Source of the DNA: Lama glama
Lineage: Eukaryota
Direction: 5' to 3'
NCBI GenBank assembly: GCA_028534125.1
Contig: CM052817.1
Location: 97,156,001 to 97,220,000 of the forward strand
Length of the DNA stretch: 64,000 nucleotides
A program made the translations under genes and the position numbers. Below are positions 24,296 through 36,619 of the stretch, one piece after another. Every line of letters begins with the position of its first letter. Positions within the stretch are counted from its first letter, which is position 1. Under the pieces are notes generated by a model that did no database searches, was not told where the DNA came from, and worked only from the letters and a program-made list of their open reading frames with translations.

Positions 24296-26382
24296 AATTT
24301 TTTTAAATGGTGACATCTACCTAATATCTGTGGTTTATCGTTTGTTGTCTTTTGGTAAAGGAAGCGATTCGGTTCGTCAGTGATGGCGTATGCCTGGAAG
24401 GCAGAGGCGGCAACAGCTGATGCTCGGAATGAGGGTGTCGTGACTGGGTTCTCCCTTCTCCACTCACTGCTGTGTGCTTTACAGCTGTCATGTCGTTCGC
24501 ATCTCACAGTCACCCAGCCGACTAACCAGTGCTTTCACTTTTCAGGAAACTGAGACCAAGGAGATTGCAGCTTGCCCAGGTTTCAGTTGTGGACCCTCAG
24601 TGGGGGCTAATAATGCCATCTGTGCCCCAGCCTTTGTGAGTGAGAAGTGACCTCCCCCTCCCCCCCTTTTAAAACAAAAAAAAAAGGAACAAGCTTAGGG
24701 AGATTCAGGAACTGCAAATGGGCACGCGGCCAGAGCTGTCTTCACAAGCCAGGCGTCTCTGAGAGTGGCAGCATTTCATGCACTTACAATTTGTGTAATA
24801 AAACCCTTCAGCTGCCCTGTCTGGGAGTGTCGGATTCAGTGGTCCTGTGCCCGGAGGATCTCTGCCTCCCACCTACCTCCATTCGGCCCCTTGTGTTCTG
24901 TTCCAGTCCCTGGGGGTACTTAAGGCTGTGAGCTCCCTGCAGGCCTGTTGCACCAGGGCTCAGGACCGACATGACCCTCAGTGAGGCACCTTCACCTCTT
25001 TGTGGTGGTCTTCTTGTGTGTCATGCGGAGAGACAGCATAGCCTGGAGAGGGTGGTGCACTGCCCAGGGGTAGGGAGGTGGTGATGATTCTGACCACGGG
25101 AGCATCCGCTCAGGGCAGAAAGCCTTCCCTCGTGCCCACGTGACAGTCGGCTGCCCCCTCCTCTGCTCTCCTGCGGGACCCTGGGAACTCTCTACGTCAT
25201 CATCACCCTGTGTTGTGGCGATCAGTCTGTCATTGTCTTCTCACCTGACTGGGAGCTCGTGCAAAACAGATGTCACAGTTCCCTGAGTGTCCCCCCAGGG
25301 CCTAGCACAGGGCTGACAGGTAGTTCTCAGACCGTGAATGATGAGTGAACGGGGTCCACTTCGAACCCTCCTAATGGGCAGTAAAGGCCTCCTCACTGAA
25401 CACTGTGGGTTACGGTGACTGACCCAGGCTTTTGCTCTTCTCCCCTGGCGTCCCCCTCCCTGTGCTCATTTGGACCCAGCAGTGTGCTGGCTGAGGTATT
25501 CTCCCTCTGTGGCACTTAAGGAAGAACAGTGGCATTTATTTGAACAGAGATTTCCCATAATATACAGATCTACAATATTTCCTTCTGTCTTTATTAACAT
25601 TTTCAAACACTTTTGCCCAGGACAGCTGTTCTAGACTTATGCTGTATGTTTCCCGGGCTGGAATGAGAGATCATTTCACTAACGTGTTAGCTTCTGCTCG
25701 GAGACCTTGCAAATGAGGTTTTAAACATCTTTCCTTCCAGTGCAAACTTCTGACTTGATGCCGACATCAGAAAACCATAGTCAAAGATCTTGGTTGGGGG
25801 GGTTTAATCACTTCAGAGAAGCATTTCTTTTCTTAATATGTTTTCTCTCTTCGAATTTTAAATTCCGCTCTGGGCTCCAAGACTTGTATCGCCAGCACGG
25901 CCCACCGCCTGACCCGTCTCTGCTGTGCAAGAAATGTTTGTTATAGACGCAGACGCTCTTGGGTGACGGGTGCAGCTGTTGCTGAATTTTAAGTTAAGGC
26001 CCTGACTCCTCTCCCCCATTTCCGAAATGTTTGTGCTCTTTTGCTGCCAGAAATTTTTTTAATATGCATGGCGCGTGGAGTCTGGTGTTAGAGAAGATTG
26101 GGTCACAGTTTGAACCAGAAGCAGCAATACTGCTGATTTGTTAGATTTCGAAAAGTAAAAGCTGCAGAGGGGACACATCCGCAGCTGCCATCATAATTCC
26201 TTGTTCTTGAGGGTTTCTTCCTTCCTGTCGCGAAAGCCACAGGCTCTGTCCCGGAGATACAGACCTGTTTCTCCAAGGCACACGTTCTTTCTGTCGGGGA
26301 GAATTCTTCTCATCACCTTCACAGACGTGTGTTCTATTCCCCAGCCCCTCCCCCTCTGTTGCCTTAGGAATACCCAGTACAC

Positions 26383-26995
26383 TTTCTTTTTCTTTTTCTT
26401 TTTGGCTTTAATATTTTTATTGAAATACAGTCAGTTTACAATGTTGTGTCAGTTTCTGGTGTACAGCACAATGCTTCAGTCATACATGAGCACACATATA
26501 TTCGTTTTCATATTCTTTTTCACTGCAAGTTACTACAAGGTATTGAATATAGTTCCCTGTGCTCTGTAGTATAAACTTGTTGTGTATCTGTTTTATGCAT
26601 AGTAGTTAGTATCTGCAAATCTCGAACTCCCAATTTATCCCTTCCCACGCTGGTAACCGTAAGTATGTTTTCTATGTCTGTGAGTCTGTTTCTGTTTTGT
26701 AAATAAGTTTATCCTTTTTTGTGTGTTTAATTCCACATTATCAGCGATATCATATGGTATTTTTCTTTCTCTTTCTGGCTTACTTCACTTAGAATGACAT
26801 TCTCCAGGTCCATCCATGTTGCTGCAAGTGGCATTATTTTATTCTTTTTTATGGCATTATATAAATATGCCACAACTTCTTTATCCAGTCATCTGTCGAT
26901 GGACACTTAGGTTGCTTCCACGTCTTGGCTATTGTAAATAGTGCTGCTGTGAACATTGGGGTGCAGGTGTCTTTTTGAATTGGATACATGCCCGG
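26383..26995 (-). mobile_element. Lineage-specific L1 3' end (ORF2 C-terminus, 3'UTR and poly(A))
   Basis: Minus-strand translation IQKDTCTPMFTAALFTIAKTWKQPKCPSTDDWIKKLWHIY is the L1 ORF2p C-terminus. T-rich tail at the left end. Confidence 0.92.
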
Positions 26996-27678
26996 TAGAC
27001 GTTCAATATGTCTTTTCAAGGATGAGTTTGAGTTAGCAGTAAGAAAGCTTTGTGTTTTTACTGAAACCCTCTGTTTCCCTTTCTTTTCTTCAAGAAGGAA
27101 AAGAGTTCTTCTCAAAGGAAGGTGGTGATGGTGTTGGCTCTTCTGTCCTGAAAACGGAGAAGAGTCGAGATTCCTTCAGGTTAGCGTGTGAAACTGGACA
27201 GGCAGCAGAGAAACGGATACTAGGGCTTCTCTGTAATTTGTTTCTGTTTTTACTAAATGTGGTTTTTGAGCTTTTCAGGAAGAGTTGACTTCTGCTTCCA
27301 GTTTTGCAGACCACAAGTTGGCTTTCAGGAAATGTGCGGCACGTAGGTGCTTTTTGGTAACTGGTCAGCCGCTCATTATTAAGTAAAGTCCGTGTTTGTG
27401 ACCATGCCAGTCCTACTCATCAAAAAATCCATAGTTAAGGGGCAGCAGGAAGAAGGAACTAAACGGGTGTTTTTTAAATGCTCCAATTTGGAAAGTGGTG
27501 GAAGAGGACGCTCGAAGTGTTTCTTTATGTCCTAGCAGGTGGTGAACGAGCTTTTTCTTCTTGGGTCATGTATCGTTTTTGATTGTTAACCTCAAGACTT
27601 TCTTAGCCAGGGTTCTCCCCGGAACCACAGGATACAAAAAAGGACCCAAGTGTTCTCCCCTGCTCCCAAGGATGCTGA

Positions 27679-28099
27679 TGTCAGGAACTGTGAAGCCTGA
27701 CATTTGACTCCCACATTTGCCTGCCATGATTCCAAGGATGCTGGCAGCAGATGGGGGACTCCGAGTCGGAGTCGGAGGACAGTACTGATCACTGCTATCG
27801 TGGTCCTCAGAGTATGAATTCCTCAAGGCCCGGTCCCCACAGAGGGATGCCCCGTGGGCCAGATGACCCCTGTCTGTGAAGTGTTACAAGAGAGGAACCC
27901 AGATTTCAGGAAAACCAGATCTTTTATGACAGGTGGTCAAGCCTGCTCTTCGCTCTAGGGGAAGACACAAACTTTATCTTCCAAGGCTCTGTGTTCTACA
28001 AACATCCTTGAAAAGACAGTCCAGGACCAAAGCAGCCAGTACGTCTGCTCACTAGAAGTACAGAAACACCGGAGACCCAAAGAGAATTGTGTCCCAGCA
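27679..28099 (-). mobile_element. ERVL-class solo LTR (LTR40-like)
   Basis: Minus strand begins TGCTGGGACACAATTCTCT...ctggactgtcttttcaaggatgtttgta...ccttggaagata and ends ttcacagttcctgaCA. Family assigned from a recalled consensus. Confidence 0.65.
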
Positions 28100-28322
28100 C
28101 ATAGGTAGCTGGAACGATTCTAGATGTAGAGAAGAGATGTTAATTCATCACGTACATGGATGCCCTGGGACCTCATTCTCTCCTAGGGCCTGGGCTGAGC
28201 AAAACTGCTAGACCTTTGCTATGGGCCGTTATTTCCCAAATGCCTAGAGTTCCTCTAAAATGCTTTGAATCAAAGAAGAGAAAGAGACTATCAGAAATTC
28301 TCTTTTAAAAGTAATACTTTCC

Positions 28323-28508
28323 AAGTAAACAGCAAGGGCCTACTGTAGAGCGCAGGGAACTATATTCAGTATCTTGTAATAGCCTATGATGGAAAAGACT
28401 CTGAAAAAGAATATCTGTATCTGTGTGTGTAACTGAATCACTTTGCTGTCCACCAGAAACTAACACAACATTGTGAATCAGCTATACTTCAATAAAAAAA
28501 TTTTAAAA
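28323..28508 (+). mobile_element. Cetartiodactyl-type L1 3'UTR fragment, sense to ARHGAP10
   Basis: aacagcaagggcctactgtagagcgcagggaactatattcagtatcttgtaat...aactgaatcactttgctgt...cttcAATAAAA. Target-site duplication aaaagtaatactttc. Confidence 0.88.
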
Positions 28509-31500
28509 AAGTAATACTTTCTTCTACTGCTTTTTGAGAAAATGTAAGTATTATATTCTAAAGAATTCAATAGTTAAGAAAAAATTTTTGATCCTTGTTA
28601 CCAAAAAAATCAAAGTAAACCCCAAATTCTAAAAAGTAGGAGATGGTTTATAGAAAGAAGCTCATGTTTACAATTTCCTGTGTTGAAAAGAAAGATTTGG
28701 GTGGTTTACTTACGGGAGACACCTGTGAGACATGCCATCCTCTGGCCCCTGCTGGCCAAGGGGAGAACTCTGCTTGGGTCTCAGAACATTTATTTAACCG
28801 CTTCTTGCCTCACCCCTACTCCTGCCCAGTGCAGATGTTGGTGAAAAGTTTCTTGTTTTCACGCAGCTACTCTGTTCTGTTCCCCAAACTTCGGCTGTGC
28901 GCGTCTCCTCTTTCATGGGACTTCAGTTCTCCACGTGACTTCTTATGCCTCATCTCCACAGAGACTGTTTCCAGACTTGGTTTTGCTTCCTCTCAAAGAA
29001 CAGTCCAGCTTGCAAAGTTTGTGTCCACATGGGATTCGAAAATCCAAAGGAGAGGTCCTGAGCTGGGACTTCTGAGATGCTGTGAGAAAACCCAGGAGCT
29101 CAAATAGAGAAATTTAGGGCTCAGCTGGAGTCTGCCGGGCTCTCTTGGCGAACCAGTGAGTGTGGGGTCGCATAGCACATCTGGACGTTGAAAGACAACA
29201 AAAAGATCTCGGGAAACAAACGAAGAAACAAAAAAGGCTTGTGTTGAGAGCTTGACCCTGGACTGGGACAGCTGACCCTGAGTTCCTGTTTGGGGACAGG
29301 CTGGAGAAAGCCTGCCTAAGGACAGACAAGCCCTTACCCTCTGCATCTGCTGTTCCAACAATTCTTTCACTTTAAAAGGGGTATTTTCCCTTTATAGAAA
29401 ACCCCCTAAAACACACAGACACACACACTTTTTTTTTATAAGAAAGATGTGAGGATTAAGTAGATAATAGCTCTAAAATTCATGACCTTTAGTTTTAAAG
29501 AGCCTGATCAATCCACACATTGTCGCTTTGTCTTCCTCCCGTGGCTGTCCTCTCTCTCTGCAGGTAGACAGCTGTCATTTAAGCACTTAACTTCATGACG
29601 AGGAAGGGCTGTTGGCAGTGTGGTAAAACGTCTCGTCCTCCACCACCTCCACCTCCACCTCCAAGCACCTCGAGTAATTGCTGGGAGAGAAAATGGCAAT
29701 GGTTGGGCTGGCTCTGGTCTTCAATTCCCTGTCAGAGCGTCACTCATGCCTTCCTCTCCCTGACTGATTAGTAAGACGCCGTTACAGGTTCGTTTTCTGC
29801 TAAAGAATTGAGTGCCTTTGCTGCTGGTGATGTAGATCACTTTGAGATTTACAGGTTTCTTTGCTTGGCATGAAATAGGTTTTATGACTTCCAAATGAAT
29901 GGCTGCAAAGGGGGGCTATAAATATGTTGTTCGAAGGATCATGTGTCTAAAATGCACTCCACCTTTTCTGATCAAAAGGTAGCAAACCTTCTGTGTGCTA
30001 AATACCTATCAAGTGGATAATGCAGTGACAGTTCATGTGCCTGACTTACAAACCCCGGTTGTCATGTGAGAACATCTGAATTGGTTGCTCAGATGTTGCT
30101 GAAGGCTTTCTCTGCCAAGCACCCTGCCTGGCTTTGTGAGGTCTCCGGAAAGAGTTAAGCACCCGCTTTTATCCCAGAGGCAAGAGAAGTGTCTGAAAGC
30201 ATCACAGAACAACTCATGCCAACCTGGCTTCCCACCTATTGGTGCTCCAGGTCTTCGGAGAAGGTCTGTGACTTCAAGAGGCTAAAGGAGAGGTACTTCC
30301 CGGGGAGGCAGCTGGGGCTGAGTGGAGGAAAGCACGGATGACCGCCAGCAGGGGAGGAGGACTGTGAGACGGGGTAGGGGACCGTCAGGAAGTGGAGCTG
30401 TGGGCAGAGTGGCCAGGCTGCTGGGGCAGGTGGGGGAGCCCCTGGAGGGCAGGTGGGGGATACATCTGTCCTTGGGGGGGCAGATGGGGGAGATTAGGTC
30501 TTACCCAGGTGGCTGGAGTGTGGCCAGTTGGGCTGGTCGAATTGGAGGAATGGGCTGGCAGTTTGGCTGGGAGACCGCAGGGGTAACACGGGCATGGGTG
30601 GTGAGAATGGGGTAGTCTCCTGTTAATGATAAGAGGGGAGACAAAGGGACAGGCCCTGGGAACTTTTTGAAGTAAAAATGGCCAGGATGTGACGTTAGTT
30701 CTGCTAGAGAAGAAGCATCAAAGATAATGCTCAGGAATGTGGAAGGACAGGGAAGCTGCTCACGGAAACTGGTTTGAGCCAAAGAGGGTGAATTTGAGAT
30801 GCAGAGCATCTGGGTGCAGCAACATTGGATACTTGTGTGTTGAACATGTATTGGAATGAAATGAGCTTTCCACATGGTGGCTTTTAAAGCAAGCTTCAAA
30901 GACCGTAGGGACTCCAGTTTTGAAATCACTGAAGAATCATTTAATTCAGATCGACACATATAGAGGCCCCTCCATGAGTCCGTTCACTGACCTTCTTACA
31001 TTATTTTCAAAATCTGCAAATATTAGGGAATGAATGTTAAGCTCACCAAAAGTTTACTGTTCACTGGTTTCGCCCTTAAACGATAGTGTTTGGTCCACTC
31101 AGGAGGAATCTTGATTCCCACTGGCATTCTTTTTTTCTGAGTTGTTACATGTACATGACCAGATGAAAGAGCTTTAAACATTAAAAGGTAAGTGTTGAAT
31201 TTTTAGAGCTGTAGATCATATGCTTGACTGTAGGTTCTTGTGACTTTATAAGCAGAAAACCTGAATATCTCAAAAGTCTAAGCAACTAGTTTTGGCCATT
31301 GGATTCTGGTGTCCTAATGAGTGAGCCAGTGTGGCGCCAGGTTGGACGAGACTAGATCTTCTCCACAAACCTGGAGAAGTACAATAAGGCATCTCTAGTT
31401 TGGGGGTGTGGCTCTTGGGGCTACAGACCTGGAAGGACATGGAAAGGACTTGGTCATCCAGAGAGAGAAAGGAGCTGTCGTCCTCACCACTTAGGAGTGA

Positions 31501-31568
31501 AGTGTGATGTATTTGGTGTTCTGTGGCCTTTATACTATTAATCCTGTTCTCCAAACTTCCACCCTTAG

Positions 31569-31721
31569 CCCGAGCCAGACACGCTCATCCACAGTGCAGT
31601 GGCTTAACCCCCAGTCTCCAGCCACACCAGGCTGCACCCCGGCTGTTACACCGCCTTCACCCAAGCCGTCGCCTTTCCCTCCCTCACTTCCTGCTACCAT
31701 AGCGGACAAGCCACCTGACAG
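31569..31721 (+). CDS. ARHGAP10: ARHGAP10 coding exon (about exon 21), proline/serine-rich region
   Basis: Acceptor cttccacccttAG|C and donor AG|GTATGA. Translates PSQTRSSTVQWLNPQSPATPGCTPAVTPPSPKPSPFPPSLPATIADKPPD(S); the QWLNPQSP motif matches ARHGAP10. 153 nt, phase 2 to 2. Confidence 0.93.
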
Positions 31722-31961
31722 GTATGAGTGTGACATCGATGGTGGGGTGGCACACGGAGGGGCGGGATCAGCCTGAGCAGGTGTTTGTGCTCCCGACCTC
31801 CTGGACATCGTGGGCAGCGTTCACAGCCTTGTCTTAGACTGTCTTAGCTGTAGTTCGAGGGCAAGTACGTTCTTAGGGGAAATTTGCCGTACGAGAGACC
31901 TGCTCAAACCTAATCTTTTTGGTGTGGGTTGTGCATTTATGAAACTGCTTATTTTTAAGAA

Positions 31962-32113
31962 CTTTTTTTTTAGGTTTTTTGTCCCCCTCTTTGGGGGGGG
32001 GGAAGGTAATTAGGTTTATTTATTTACTTTTAGAGGCGGTACTGGGGATTGAACCCAGGACCTTGTACATGCTAAGCATGCGCTTTACCACTTGAGCTAT
32101 ACTCTTCCCCCCC
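31962..32113 (-). mobile_element. tRNA-Ala-derived camelid SINE (Vic-1-like, longer-tailed form)
   Basis: Minus strand GAGTATAGCTCAAGTGGTAAAGCGCATGCTTAGCATGTACAAGGTCCTGGGTTCAATCCCCAGTACC...AAATAAATAAACCTAATTACC. Flanking duplication aagaactttt. Confidence 0.9.
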
Positions 32114-32960
32114 TTGAAGAACTTTTTATTCGTGAACACAAAGCATGTGCTTTGTTTTCAATGAAGATAAAGTGGGCACTGGAAACAGTTTTTAACAGCC
32201 ACTTAAAGGGCCAGAGGTGCTGGCTGTTAGCAAGCCCTTCCTCGGGGGCAGCCGGCTGAGGCTCCTCTTCCCATCAGTGGCCTCCCCTCGTCTTACTTCC
32301 TCCTGGCTTGGGTGCACCTGGCTGGTAGCGTGGTTTCCATCCTTCCCCACTTGTGTTCTTTTCCTGCAAGGACACAGGACGTTTTGACACTTGGTGAGAA
32401 GCTGAGCCTGATGTGCCTCTTGGGAGCAAGAGTGAGGGGATCAGATAAAGAAGATCCCGCTGAGGACAACGAGCCCCTTCCAGGGTGGCAAGGAAGCAGG
32501 CTGTCAGTGTAGACAGATCGGAGTCTGCGGTGTACGGCTGTAGCCACTCGTGTCTCTGTGCCCCTGCCCGTCACTGCCCACCTTCCGTCTCGAGACACCA
32601 GTGCTTTTCTTTCATAGATAAACTGAAATGCTGTGGAAATAAACCTGCCTTGTGGCCCTAGTGATGCTGAGCGCTAGGAAAGGGCATCCCACCAAGCAGC
32701 GGAGAATTAGCTGAAGAGGTTCAGGGAAAGCTTTTCAGAGAGGCTCCGTCGAGAAAGGTTTGAGTTTGAAACCCATCAGTTATGAGTCAGGTGCTATGGG
32801 TTTGTTTGATGTTCATGTCCCTGCTGACTTCTTTTTTGGAAGGCGCGGCCCCGCTGCCGACATACCCAGGAGGTTCGGGCAGAGTGGGCGGGGGAAATGT
32901 GAGGCTTCCCGCTCCCGTTTCCGCACGTTTCAGCGTGTATCCTGTGTGCTCCCCTTCCAG

Positions 32961-33052
32961 CGTCATCCATCGGAAGGCTCGGGCGGTGTATCCGTGTGAA
33001 GCAGAACATAGCTCGGAATTATCCTTTGAAATCGGAGCGATTTTCGAGGATG
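32961..33052 (+). CDS. ARHGAP10: ARHGAP10 coding exon (about exon 22), N-terminal half of the SH3 domain
   Basis: Acceptor ctccccttccAG|C and donor G|GTAAGC. Translates VIHRKARAVYPCEAEHSSELSFEIGAIFED, the GRAF-family SH3 start. 92 nt. Confidence 0.96.
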
Positions 33053-34349
33053 GTAAGCGTTAGCAGGAGCTTTGTGGTAGGCTGTCTGCAAGCCCAGAGT
33101 GGGCAGGCGGTCCCTGGTCCTGGGCTTCTCGGGAGCACAAGTCTGTCCCGTGATGCTTTGGATGGACCAGAGCCAGCCCGTGTGGCTCCCAGGACCCGAA
33201 GCCCAGGGGGAGCTGAGACCACCTTGCCTTTAATCTTGGTGCTTCTCCAACCCCTTTAACTCTTGAGGGTCTTCATTTGGCACATCTTCCTCTTGATGTA
33301 AAGAGGTCAGTGTCGCCTGGAGTTAAGAAATACTTCTTGTTTGCGTCTTCTGTCTTCCTCTTCTAGGGTCCCCAGCCAAGCCTCCCAAATGCTCAGGTTT
33401 TCCGGATCCGGGTTACAGAGGAGAATGACCGTCAACACGTTTTGGTTTATAGTTCCCTTACCGTTCTCAGGCTGTATGTAATTTTAGCTCATTTTAAGAA
33501 GTGTATGAATCTTCACTTTAAGATTCACTTTAAGAAGTGTGGGTATTGACTGTGCATATTGAAACCAAGGTATAGATTTTATTTGCATGTTTAATATTTA
33601 CACATGAAGCATTTAGGAGCTGTGCCTGGCTTTAAGATTTCGCAGACTCCTCCCATGATTCAGTGTGTGTCTCTCTTCTCCCCTCCCGCCCTTGATTTCT
33701 TCCTTCCCAGTCCTGCTCATTATGAAATTCACTGGTTGCTGTGGAAACAGTGATGTTGTGTGTGGGTGGAGCTGCCCAAAAAGAGCTCTGGAGAAGCAGT
33801 GAGAACCTTAGATGCTCGAAATGGAATGGCTGATTAGCCAGAATGCTTGGAATATATGGGACAGATCAGCACAGCGCCTAGCGGTATATCGTCAGGGATG
33901 CTGCATTTGTCGGTGGTGGTTTTTTTTAGAAAGCAAGTTGCTGCATTTGGAAGAGATTGCTATATCTGTGTGGTACGTACTCCTGAGAGCCAGAGACTCC
34001 TGATAGTGTCAGAAAACAAACAACAACAACAAAAAAGCCCACATATGACAGAATTACACTTGGTGGAGAAATTTTGTGCTTGGAGTGGAAGCAAGATCAT
34101 TTCTCTCTCACCATAACGTGCGTGCGTGCAGTTCTGCCGGGAGCGCGGGGTTAGTAGCCGCCCGGCACCAGGCCTGTCACTTGTCAGTGCTCCATACAGC
34201 GGGAGGGAAAGCTGAGAGCGTTGACGAGCCGCCTTTGAGAAATGACGATGAATTTTTACCTTGTGTGATGAGCGCTGTTCTGGAGCCTCTGGAACCCCCG
34301 TACAGTATCGTCCATGTGACAGTCACCTGGGTGGAAGGTGTATCTGGTA

Positions 34350-34715
34350 GGGTGCCTTTGGCTGCAAGTAACAAACACTGGTCAAGTCAGTCATGAAAAC
34401 GGGTTCACGCGCACAGGAAGAAGTCTGCAAGTGGGGAGCTCCAGGCTCAGTTAATCAGATTCTCAAAGATGTGGTCAGTGACCGCAGAGTGTCTGTCTCT
34501 GCTGAACTGTGCTCAGCTTGTGGACCAGAGCCTCTGGCTGGTTTCCCCAGTGGAGGGGATGGCTGCCCCTGTTCTGAAGAGGTGCCTCATCCTTACTTTC
34601 TTTTTTTTTTCTTTTTAAGAATGAGAAAGCTTTTCCAGAGCATCCTTCCTCGTTTACCTGCCCTAATGAGGTGAGGTCATATGCTCACCTTAAACCCATT
34701 GCTGGCAAGGACTTC
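34350..34715 (-). mobile_element. Diverged MLT1J/K-like LTR
   Basis: ttggctgcaagtaacaaac start, and ggtcatatgctcaccttaaacccattgctggcaagg near the other end. Confidence 0.5.
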
Positions 34716-36619
34716 AGACCTGTCAGCATGACACTGGGCACAGCGGCTCCTCCTCTGGGCACACAGACACGGGAATGGGGCTCAGGACTTCAACCAAATC
34801 CGATCCTGCCAGCATGGATATCGGGAAAGGCTGATAGGTGTCTGACATGAGAGACTGAAGTTCCCCACCTCTAAAGTCCCCTGGTGACTTGCAGGAGTCC
34901 TCCTATAAAATAGCATGTGTGTATGTGTTTTTCTCTCTCTGATTTTTGTATACGTGTCCATGTGCACATGCACATACACACCCTCACACACTTACTTGTA
35001 TCTGTGTTGTGGGGACACAGGAGTGGTTGACAGCAGGTAGCTGTGGATTGTCAACTCTGCACTTATCTTCCTGACATCAAATTGGCTTTTCCACTTTACG
35101 TGTGACCCTGGATGAGTTCCTTAAGTTCTCCCTGCATCAGATTCTCCACCCTGATCCACAAGGGTGTTCCCATGGGTGGCCATGCGTCATGGCGGCATTT
35201 GGGGCCACGAGTGCCGTGCAGACATCTGTGGAGGATGTTGGCCACTGAGCCTCATGTGGCGCCCCGAGGACCTGGCTCTGTTCTGAGCCCGGGCATGCCT
35301 CCCTCGGATTCAGGGCTCTGTGGTGCTGGTATCCAGTGCTGTCTGGGTGGCTGGCTGGGGCACCCAGGGAATCTCAGGTGTTCCTCAGACCCTCCCCACA
35401 GGCAGGCTGCTCCAGAGATGGCTTGTTGCATTGACACCCTCCCCCTACACGAGCACACGAGCATCTCATCTCACATGAGCTCCTGGTCTTGCAGGCGCCT
35501 CCCCTGTCCCCCTGCTATGGCAGACATGCACGGGGAATGCGCGCAGCACCCACTCCACCAGACTGACTGTTTCTCAGGGCGGTTCTTAAAGGACACAGAA
35601 AAGGGGGAACCCTTTAGCAGGATTTATTCTTTTCTGTGCACTTTGCATCTTCATCTTCTATGCATGGTTGATCGCTTAGCGAGATTTAATAAGCAGTTAG
35701 AAGTGTTTACCTGCTCAGAGCACATCTAGTGATGGCCTCTTTGAATGGCTGTGGGTCCGTCCTGATGATGATCGCTGCAGGCCAGGCAGATTGGTGGCTT
35801 GCCCGGCCTCGGCTTCTGTCACTCCAGGTGGCCACTGTTTATAGCTCAGCCACTGGAGGGTCACCAGGAATACATCCTTTCTGCAGACCAGCAGTGCGCA
35901 GCCTCCCTGAAGTGCCCAGGGCATTCTTCCTGTGTTTGCTTATTCATGTGGAGCCTTCCAGCAATCGTACATGCTCTTGCCTCGTTGTCCCCTCTTGTCC
36001 CTCCTGCAGGCAGCAAAGGAAATTGGCTTATGACGCCCAGTGGCCTTTGGAGAAGACAAGATCCAGGTCAGAGTGGCCCCTGGGCCACATTGTCAGGAGT
36101 TATGTGGTTGCGAATGTAAACAGCAGTAGGAAATCTGTCCCCAAGTGTGGAAGGGAAAAGGATCTTCAGTGATCGCCTTGCTCAGTCACTCCTACCGTGT
36201 GGGCCTGCACTGGAGTTTAAAGTCGAGGCTGAAGACTGATCTCTGGAGTAGACACACTAATGCTTGTTTAGCCTTTGTTCTGGGGAAGTGCCTCCCGTAT
36301 CCCTCAGGGGGTGCTGCGTGTGTAAGGTCTCAGGGCAGCCGGTGTTCCTGTGACTGCCACGGGGGACCTTCCCCTTTTCCCTGGGCTTGGAAAACCTCAG
36401 AAGTACTTTCCCCTGGTGACCAGTCAGTCCTGTTCTCGCTCCAGATAAGTGGCCCTGCAGCGGCCGGACCCACCAGTCCAGGCGGGGAGACGGGCTGCCT
36501 GGCTTGCCAGACTGCTTATTTTTAACCTGGAGACAGAATCTGTCCATTGTAGGGGGAAACAGTAGTGGCCCAGATTAATCTGTAAAAGCTGTTGATGATT
36601 CCATTAAAAGGCCTCCAAT

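Noticed and set aside
25728..25752. ttccttccAG-tgcaaacttc, which resembles the ARHGAP10 last-exon acceptor ttccttttcAG-tgcaaacgtc
   Set aside because: Similarity ends after about 20 nt, the downstream peptide is not SH3-like, and it lies upstream of the SH3 exon. Probably coincidence.
27757..27773. Perfect inverted repeat GACTCCGA-G-TCGGAGTC
   Set aside because: Arms of 8 bp are expected about once per window of this size, and it lies inside an LTR relic.
32036..32110. Possible genuine tRNA-Ala gene
   Set aside because: It has an A-rich tail, target-site duplications and stem mismatches, and has diverged sibling copies. It is a SINE, not a tRNA gene.
35112..35729. 205-aa + strand ORF
   Set aside because: Begins in MIR-like sequence, has no domain signature, and lies in GC-rich intron.
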